Shown: positions 54,698 through 64,000 of the stretch, piece after piece | Numbering within the stretch: position 1 is the first letter of the stretch | How the letters are laid out: every line of letters begins with the position of its first letter | Assembly: GCA_964016885.1 (NCBI GenBank) | Contig: OZ024740.1 | Coordinates: forward strand, 321,842,001-321,906,000 | Direction of reading: 5' to 3' | DNA length: 64,000 nucleotides | Source of the DNA: Eledone cirrhosa | Taxonomy: Eukaryota | Translations under genes and position numbers: made by a program | Notes under the pieces: model-generated | Told to the model about the DNA's origin: nothing | Databases searched by the model: none | What the model saw: the letters and a program-made list of their open reading frames with translations, nothing else

Positions 54698-56395
54698 GTG
54701 TTAATTGATATAGAGAGGGGGATTGGATGAAAGTTCCGTTTAGTAGATATAGAGAGGGGGAGAGTTTGGTGTTAATTGATATAGAGAGGGGGATTGGATG
54801 AAAGTTCCGTTTAGTAGATATAGCGGGGGGGGGGGAGAGTTTGGTGTTAATTGATATATAGAGGGGGATTGGATGAAAGTTCCGTTTAGTAGATATAGCG
54901 GGGGGGGGGAGAGTTTGGTGTTAATTGATATAGAGAGAGGGATTGGATGAAAATCCCGTTTAATAGATATAGAGAGGGGGAGAGTTTGGTGTTAATTGAT
55001 ATAGAGAGGGAGATTGGATGAAAGTTCCGTTTAGTAGATATAGAGAGGGGGAGAGTTTGGTGTTAATTGATATAGAGAGAGGGATTGGATGAAAGTTCCG
55101 TTTAATAGATATAGAGAGGGGGAGAGTTTGGTGTTAATTGATATAGAGAGGGATATTGGAAGAGAACTCCGTGTAGTAGATATAGAGAGGGGGTGAGGTT
55201 GGTGCTAATTGATATAGGGAGGGGGATTGGATGAGGGTCTCTGTAGTAGATATAGAGAGGGAATTGGGAGAGAGTGTTGTATGGCTGATGAAGAGAGGGG
55301 GGAGAGTTTGGTGGTAATGAATAGAGTGGGAGGATTGATAGAGATAGGTATTGATAGATATAGACAGGGGGGAGTTGGTAGTGATGGATAGAGTGAGAGG
55401 GAATTAAAGAGAGTGTTGTATGGTAGATATATAGAGAGGGGGATAGTTTGGTGGTAATTTATATAGAGAGGGAGGGGGTTTGGAGAGTGTGTTGTATATT
55501 AGATGTAGAGTGAGGGGGGATTCATGTTTGTTGATATAGAGAGGAGAACTGGAAGAGAGTTCCGTATAGTAGATATAGAGAGGGGGAGAGGTTTGTGCTA
55601 ATTGATATATAGAGAATGAATGGAAGAGAGTTCCGTGTAGTGGATATAGAAAGGGGACAGTTTGGTGTCAATTGATATAGAGAGGGAAGATTGGAAGAGA
55701 GTGCCGTGTAGTAGATATAGAGAGGGGGAGAGTTTGCTTTTAGTAGATACAGAGAGAGGGATTAAAAGAGAGTGGTGTATGGTTGATGAAAAGAGGGGGA
55801 GAGTTTGGTGGTAATGAAGAGAGTGAGAGGATTAATAGAGATAGGTATTGATAGACATAGACAGGGGGAGAGTTTGGTAGTGATGGATAGAGTGAGAGGG
55901 AATGAAAGAGAGTGTTGTATGGTAGATATAGAGAGGGGATAGTTTGGTGATAATTAATATAGAGAGGGGGATAGTTTGGTGATAATTGATATAGAGAGGG
56001 GAGTTGGGAGTGTTTGGTGTATATTAGATATAGAGCAGGGGAGAGATTGATGTTTATTCATATAGAGAGGAGTACTGGAAGAGAGTTCTGTGCATTAGAT
56101 ATATAGAGGGGGAGGGTTTGGTATTAATTTATATAGAGAGGGAGATTTGGAGAGAGAGTTGTATGGTAGATATAAAGAGAGGGAAATGTTGGTGTTAATT
56201 GATTTAGAGAGGGGGATTGGGAGAGAGGATTGATAGAGATAGGTATTGATAAATATAGAGAGAGGTATAGTTTGGTAGTGATGGATAGAGTGAGAGTGAA
56301 TGAGAGAGTGTTGTATGGTAGATAGAAAGAGGGGTATAGTTTGGTGGTAATTGATATATAGAGGGAGGGTGCGGGAGTTTGCTGTATATTATAAC
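54698..56395. repeat. Purine-rich ~71-bp satellite (dimer of ~35-bp GATATAGAGAGGGG subunits), degenerating rightwards
   Basis: GTGTTAATTGATATAG at 54698, 54769, etc.; a partial monomer remains at 48930-48975, left of the LINE. Confidence 0.92.
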
Positions 56396-56399
56396 ATAA

Positions 56400-56695
56400 T
56401 AGTACCACTGGTGATGTCGCAGATGTGTGACGAAAGAACTTTGAGAGACTAAATATATATATTTATATCTGTATTTTTAACCGTTGGTCAATCAATGATA
56501 AACATTGATTGCCTAATAAATTAACTATGGAGTTATAAAAGATACAGAAGCGAAAACCAACCCAAACCAAACAGTGAGTGTGTTCTGTTATTATTTCTGG
56601 CAATATTGTGACAATATGACCCTTCCCAAATATAACATTTGTTACGACACACGATTTCATATGAAAAACCTTGCAAAACAAATATATATACATAC
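56400..56695 (+). mobile_element. Probable PLE 3' end with degenerate hammerhead
   Basis: CTGGTGA-TGTCGCA GATG TGTGAC-GAAA at 56408-56435, then an AT-rich tail ending in (TA)n. Confidence 0.45.
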
Positions 56696-56777
<82 letters not shown>

Positions 56778-56785
56778 TTCATATC

Positions 56786-56819
<34 letters not shown>

Positions 56820-56920
56820 TATATTTATACATTCATATATGCATTACGATCATACATTCATTCATATATACATAGATACATTCATTCATACATACATACA
56901 TGCAGATACTCCACTCTGAT

Positions 56921-57330
56921 TATACCTTCAGATTTATGCCTGTGATTATTGGGGCACTGGGGTATGTTAGTAACTGCCTCAATACAAATCTTGAGAAGCT
57001 GGGCTTCACAGGAACACAAAGAACACAACTAGTTATGAAATTACAAGTGTAATCCATTAATGGAACAGCAAAAATATCTAAAACATTCCAAAAATGTTGC
57101 ATCTAATAACTGCATATACACATGTACAGATACAAAGTATATACACATGCACACATACAACTCAAAACATCCACATCCACACATACAATAACATCCATAT
57201 CTACACATGCATGCATACATACATATCTACCTAGTTGATGTTGTGTAGATTCCAATGAGAGAGTCTTCTGTCTATGTTAGAAACCGACTCTCTCTCTATT
57301 GGTAAAAATTTGTGAAATTATAAAACCATA
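56921..57330 (+). mobile_element. 5'-truncated R4/Dong-like LINE 3' end
   Basis: YTFRFMPVIIGALGYV...LEKLGF...GTAKISKTF is homologous to the C-terminus at 60535-60830; ends at (TACA)n. Confidence 0.75.
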
Positions 57331-57349
57331 CTTACATACATACATGAAT

Positions 57350-57900
57350 ATGATGATGGCTGCCCCCTCGTTATCGAGTATGGCCATTGCACGATATACC
57401 ATTATTAATAATAATTAATTAATTCTATCGTGCAATGCCTGTTCGTGAAGGTATTTTTTTAAAGTAACGAAAGACTGTGCACTGAGCCAATCCCATTCTC
57501 TGAGCGGCAGTAGCTATAACCCGAAAAGAAGAAAAGATCAACATCGGTAACTACTGAGCCGCAGGTTTTATATCGGAGTTATCCCAGTTTCCTGAGTTGC
57601 CTTCTCCTAGAAGAATGCCCTGAGAAAGGCTAAGGGTCCTTCACTCACAGTGGTTTAACCGCGCGATCGGGTGTCCAGCCCGATTATTTCTATGTCCCCC
57701 CGCATATACATACACATGCACCCATGCATATACACATATACACACACATGTACATGTGTATATACATATCTACACACTTTTGGATGGCCGTTGACCCTTG
57801 TGAGTTCTTCCGCCCTTTGTCAGGTTTTGTTTTTTGTCCTTCAGGGTGTCCAAAATCACCCTCCTCACCAAGTAAACTTGGTGGGGTTGCCGGTTTAGTC
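57350..57900 (-). mobile_element. Possible RTE-clade 5'-region fragments
   Basis: AGTTGCCTTCTCCTAG..AAGGCTAAG and GGGTTGCCGGTTTAGTCG resemble RTE 5' UTR motifs from memory only. Confidence 0.3.
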
Positions 57901-58206
57901 GTATGCATACATACATACATACATGCATACATACATACATACATACATACATACATACATACATACATACATACATACGTTAATGGCGACTTTTGTAGTC
58001 TGTCCGATGATTGGACGTATGTAATTACGGCTTATATGAAGACAACATACCATATATTTGATTATGACAAAACTTTGTCGAAACTTTTAAAGAAGATCAT
58101 CGTGTATTTTGAAAAATATATGTTAAATATTAGTGAATAGACGAACTCATTATGGCAAAACGTATAAGTCACCTTCGACCAAATCGCAACTACAACCATT
58201 GTATAT

Positions 58207-58314
58207 AACTCGCGGGGCTCACATCTGCGGCTGGCTAGTTCAGCGCCTATAGTGGTAAGTACTTACCACCATAGGCGCTGAGCTGGCCAGCCGCAGGTGT
58301 GAGCCTCGCGAGTT
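58207..58314. repeat. 108-bp GC-rich loopless palindrome
   Basis: 54-bp arms centred on AAGT|ACTT with 5 mismatches. Confidence 0.93.
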
Positions 58315-58439
58315 GGAATAGCCTTTCCAGCGCGTCTCCCTTGCCGTCCTCCGGGGAAACGGGGAAACGCCTTCTCCATTCTGTCCGCCGGGGCTGTGTG
58401 TGTGTGTGAGGGGGGGGGGGGGGGGGCATCACGTATCAT

Positions 58440-60910
58440 TCCACTGAATCAAGTTTTTAAAATTTATGTTTTGAATGGCTAAAAGAACTGGAACAGGACT
58501 ACTGCCAATATGTCCAGACAAAACAATATGACATAGATGGGTCAATACTGGAAATAGCTCTACAGAAAATGTCGAATAGGACATCACCAGACCCAGACCT
58601 CATAACAGGATACTGGCTGAAGAATTTCACCTTCTATCGGCAAGATCGCTTACGACTGTTTAGAGAAACCATCAAAGGCACACAAGAACTGCCTCAGTGG
58701 TTATCAACTGCCACTACTCTCCTCATCCCCCAAAATAGCCAGACCACCCTTGTTAAAAATTACAGCCCAATAGCCTGCCAGAACACCATGTATAAATTAT
58801 ACACTGGGTGCCTTAATCTGTTCTTACAGGATCATTGAGCCACCAACAAAATTATTACACCTCAGCAAACTGGTGGAAAGAAGGCGGTGTTATCTCATAG
58901 ATCACCTACTAACAAATAAAATGATACAGGAAAAAACAGCAAAAAATCGCAGGAACATGGCTGTGGTGTGGCTTGACTATCAGAAAGCCACTAGTAGCTG
59001 TTGTTGAACGCCTGACCAAGAACTGGTACACTAATTTGTTCCTTGGGGATGAGAAGGAGTAAATTAAGACTGATACAATACACTACCAGAAAGGCATCTT
59101 TCAGGGTGATAGCTTATCAGTGCTGCTCTTCGTCCTCTCACTAAACCCACTATCATACTTGCTCACAAAACAAAGCGGCCATGGAAGTGGGTCCAGAAGT
59201 ATCTCCCATTGTTTCTTTGTTGATGATCTGAAGTTGTATGGGCCAAATATCAACTATATCAAAAAACAATTGGACCTCATTACACAATTTTCTGCAGACA
59301 TCAGAATGAAATTTGGTGAGTCCAAGTGTGCATATTTGACAGTAAAACGTGGAAGAGCTGTGCCCTCCTCTGGAAATCTAGAGATGAACGGCTTCACAAT
59401 ACAACCTCTACAGTCAGGTGACAACTACAGATATCTTGGACAGGATGAGAATGTCAGATATGATGGACCCATAAATAAGGAGAGAACCAGAACTGAATAC
59501 CTCAAGAGAGTAAAGAAAATATGCTCATCAGAACTATCAGTGTACAACAAATACATTGCCCACAATACTTATGCCATGCCAATCCTAACGCCAACATTTG
59601 GCCTGCTGAACTGGTCATTGCAAGAGCTAAGTGAGATGGATGTCAGAACTCGCAAGCTTCTCAGTGTTACTGGAAACTTTAACATCAATGGTGATGTGGA
59701 TAGGCTATACTTCTCACGCAAGGAAGCTGGCCGGGGTCTAAAATTCATATTAACGTCATACGAGACCCGAATAGTAACTGAAGTAACATCTTCAGCAGAA
59801 GAAAAAGGTCAGCAACCATGAAGGAAATAATAACATTAGGATAGCCACTGATCTGGAGGAGAGATATGGAATAAGCCCTGATATAGATCTCTCTCCCAGG
59901 GAAATAGGAAGATCCTATTCAATGTTCAAACGATAAAAAAAATAGACGAATTTACAGAGAAAGTTGTGCATGGGTATCTGAGACGAAACACACAGACCAC
60001 AGAGGGGATAAATCATCCAAAGAGCCTGGCATGGAGTTCCGACAAGTTTATGAAATCCCACCTTTAAGGATATCTCTATGCAATACAGGAACAAGAAACC
60101 ACTACCAAATATCTGCTCCACAAAAGAGGAGGGCCATCAGTCGACAATAAATGTAGGCTTTGTAAAACAAAGATAGAAGATGCTAGCCACATTGTTGCCA
60201 ACTGCGAAATAATGTCGTCTCGCTACTACCTCCCCATGAGACACGATGTGATTGCTAGAACCATCTGGAGCGCACTTAGGAAAACAAGATTAAAAACAAA
60301 TGATGAGGAATATGTTGAGATAGATGGCACCAAGGAATACTGGTGGAACCTGAAAATAAAAACTGCCACCAAATTAAAACACAACCGGCCTGATATTGTT
60401 GTTTGGGACCACACATTGAAAACGTGCTCTGTTGTAGAGATCAGCTGCCCACTTGATGTCAACGTTGTGAGAAAAATATAAGAGGAGGACATCTACGGAC
60501 TATTGATAAGGAGTTGGCAGATCCAGTATCCAAGATACACCTTCAGCTTCATACCCATCATTATTAGAGCTGCCGAGGTTAACTTTGCCTTTCATCCTTA
60601 CGGGGTCGATAAAATAAAGTACCAGTCATGTACTGGGTAATTGCTGGCCTTGCGCCAAAAGTAGAAACAATTATTAGAGCTACAGGTTATATACCAGCCC
60701 GTTTGGACCAAAGTATAACTGAACTTGGATTTGTGGACAAAGAACGCAGCTTCCTAATTCATAGACAACAAATGGCTGCGATAGCTGACACCTTCAAAAT
60801 TTGCAAAACATTCTTGCGATTCAAGAGATGAAAATTTCTTTTCTTTTACAACCTTGCCACCAGGAAGGTGGCCGCTCAAAAATGTACACGAAATTAAGAG
60901 AAAGAGAAAC
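58440..60910 (+). mobile_element. 5'-truncated R4/Dong-clade non-LTR retrotransposon (RT + restriction-like endonuclease), decayed
   Basis: SPDPDLITGYWLK, PIACQNTMYKLYT, GIFQGDSLS, FFVDDLKLY, YRYLG, CRLC...HIVANC, RHD, HNRPDIVV, EISCP; ends at (CATA)n. Confidence 0.93.
60572..60669 (+). mobile_element. 5'-truncated SINE family 1 inserted in the R4/Dong ORF, with 12-bp TSD
   Basis: ATTATTAGAGCT at 60560-60571 and 60670-60681; removing the insert restores ...FIPIIIRATGYIP. Confidence 0.92.
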
Positions 60911-60944
60911 ATACATACATACATACATATGAACTGAAATGAGG

Positions 60945-61254
60945 CACTGCGTCTGTTACGATGATGAGTGTTGATCCGATCAACGGAACAACCTGCTCAT
61001 GAAATTAACGTGCAAGTGGCTGAGCATTCTACTGACACGCGTACCTTTAACGTAGTTCTTAGGGAGATTCAACATGGCACATAATGCGACAAGGCTGGCC
61101 CTTCGAACTACAAGTACAACTCATTTTTGCCAGCTGAGTGGACTAGAGCAACGTGAAATAAAGTGTCTTGCTCAAGGACACAACTAACAGCCGGGAGTCG
61201 AACTCACAACCATACGATTGTAAGCCGCATACCCTTACCACAAAGCCACGCACC

Positions 61255-61258
<4 letters not shown>
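60945..61258 (-). mobile_element. tRNA-derived SINE family 2, full-length
   Basis: Minus-strand head: A box TGGCTTTGTGGT, B box GTTCGACTCC, then GTGTCCTTGAGCAAGACACTT. Confidence 0.85.
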
Positions 61259-61331
<73 letters not shown>

Positions 61332-61732
61332 ACACACACACACACATCACACATATTCAAAAATATTTAACCCCCTCAACGGCAGCAACAACTGCAGCAA
61401 CAACTGCAGCAGCAACGTAATCATGAGTTTCAAGAGAAAGCTGAAGTTGTCTCCCTTGCAAAATAAACAGAAGCAGCCGAACAATTACGTTTATAAATAC
61501 ATTAGACATATATTCCCCCGAAACTATTAACCATTTTCACATCTACCCGGTGGCGTATTAACTAATGTTTGTGTATACATACATATATATGTGTATTAAC
61601 CCATAGTTTCAGGTATTTCCGAACCCTATGGTATTTCAGTGTATTTGAGAAGAATACACACACACACACACACACACACGCGCACGCACACACACATACA
61701 CACACACACACGCGCACGCACAAACACACACG

Positions 61733-61776
<44 letters not shown>

Positions 61777-61893
61777 CACATACACACACACACGCGCACG
61801 CACACACACACACGCACGCACACACACACACACACGCACACACGCACGCACACACACATACACACACGCGCGCGCGCGCGCGCACACACACAC

Positions 61894-61948
<55 letters not shown>

Positions 61949-62489
61949 TACATACATATATTCGTATATATGTATATGCATATATGTATGTGTATATGTG
62001 TGAAATAACCATGTCGGATCAATAGATTTTACGTATTTCACCCTACCCCTCATCCTTATACACTTCAGAATGTTTAAGATTTGAAATTAAGCCTCTCGCG
62101 AATTTTATTCCTCTCGACAGAATATTGGAATAGAGATATGGATAAAAAAGTGAACCGGTAAACAGCAAAATGGCATTAAATAATGAATCTCTCTCTCTCT
62201 CTTTCTCTCTCTCTATATATATCTCTCTATATATAAAACTGATGTTGTCTGTGTGTCCTCATTTTGGCAAAGTCTATACAAAGTCCACATTTCTACTCCG
62301 ATTGACTTCAAACTTGCATTTATATATTCCTTGCGGTCGAAAGATACTAACTGCAGCTTTTATTTTTCAATTTTCTGTTGGTAAAGGGGTGTTATCAATC
62401 TCCGTCGAGCCCTTATAATATCTGTCTGTATGTCTGGCTGTCTGCATAACGACATTCTGACGAACACATCATTGACACACACACACTCA

Positions 62490-62617
<128 letters not shown>

Positions 62618-63108
62618 CATCTAATAGAGAAAGGGAGATGTAGAGAGAGAGGGTGAGATAGGCCGTTATACAGAGAGAGGTACAAGATATTCAGATAGAT
62701 AGATAGAGAGTGAGAGAGAGAGAATAGCGTCGAACGCTGGTTCACACACACACACACACACACACCAAACGCACATATATATAAAGACAGAGAGAGAGAG
62801 GGGGAGAGAGAGATCTGCGCGTTCTTTATTGTTCTCCATTCTGTAGAGGAAGAGAGAGAGAGAGAGAGAGGGGGTATGAGTGAGAGCGAGAGAAAGAGAG
62901 AGAGGGTATGAGAAAAAGGGAGAGAGGGGTTGTGAAAGAAAGAAAGAGAGTGAGGAACTTTAACTTTTATTTATTAATCTGTTCTTTACACACTGTTCAA
63001 CTCTCCCCTTTCCTCAACCTTACGTCTCTTTCTCTCTTTCACACAAGACGTACTGTGACTGTGTGTTATATATATTTATGTCCGCACACACACATACACA
63101 CAAAAGCC

Positions 63109-63179
<71 letters not shown>

Positions 63180-63469
63180 CTAGCATTAAAGCCCGGCGTT
63201 GCTCGGGGTCATTAAGTTACCAAAGTTAGGTTGCACCACCCATTTTATGGCAGCACTTTTTTGTCTGCCAGGCACTGGGTGAATGAATTGCAGACCTGGA
63301 AGCAGGAGCTGCGCCAGCAGTGACAATTGTAGTTTCGCCTATGGATATTATCTCTGTGCAAAAAAGTGTTGAAATTTATTGTTTCACAGTACTTGCGCAA
63401 CACGCGCGTAGACAATGCCAGCTGAACAACAGAGCTGCGATGGAGTTGTTCTGCATAGTTGTCTGTGTG

Positions 63470-63833
63470 TTTTCTAAATTTAAGACAGTAGGGAGTGTTG
63501 TGATATGAGGGAGAGTTAGCTGTTGTTTCTAGCAGGTTTAGTGACCTCATAGAAGATATGTTTTCTAAATTTAAGACAGTAGGGATGGGTGTGATATGGG
63601 GGAGAGTTAGCTGCTGTTTCTAGCAGATTTAGTAACCTCATAGAGGATATGTGTTTTCTAAATTTAAGACAGTAGGGAGTGGTGTGATATGGGGGAGAGT
63701 TAGCTGCTGTTTCTAGCAGGTTTAGTGACCTCATAGAAGATATGTTTTCTAAATTTAAGACAGTAGGGAGGGGTGTGGTATGGGGGAGAGTTAGCTGCTG
63801 TTTCTAGCAGGTTTAGTGACCTCATAGAGGATA
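63470..63833. repeat. ~90-bp tandem repeat, 4 copies
   Basis: GTTTTCTAAATTTAAGACAGTAGGGA...GACCTCATAG repeated. Confidence 0.93.
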
Positions 63834-64000
63834 TTATTGTTTATCATTATCTATAAAAGGCAGATTGTTGTTGTTGTTGTTGAAGTGAGTGTGTGTTTGT
63901 ATGCGTTTGGAAAAGAGGTTTTAAAAAAGATTTATCGCTTGTTGTTGAATAAATGTATCTGTTGCTTTTGAAACGGACAGTATCACCATCAAGCTTGGAA

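Overview
Eukaryotic, AT-rich, microsatellite-saturated DNA with no confidently identifiable host protein-coding gene. The SINE/MITE repertoire and repeat density resemble a coleoid cephalopod (Octopus-like) genome; this is an inference from pattern, not from a search. Almost all ORF-track entries are translations of simple repeats. Real content: (i) a 77-bp satellite (~58 copies) interrupted by a composite hAT/Charlie insertion whose target-site duplications are nested (TSD1-MITE-TSD2-cargo-TSD2-transposase copy-TSD1), with a palindromic cargo carrying two convergent tRNA-like heads; (ii) Penelope-like elements (PLEs): a fragment at the window start, a GIY-YIG-bearing copy with ~660-bp inverted pLTRs and a hammerhead ribozyme, and many miniature relics from several unrelated families that fold back at the hammerhead; (iii) a full-length, frameshifted Tx1/L1-clade LINE with a TSD, a stack of its 3' ends in (GATA)n, and a 39-nt GT-AG segment whose removal would fuse ORF1 to ORF2 in frame; (iv) R4/Dong, RTE and CR1-like LINE relics, two tRNA-derived SINE families, hAT/piggyBac MITEs, Helentron-like elements and several short tandem arrays. 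Coordinates were read by eye and may be off by a few bases.
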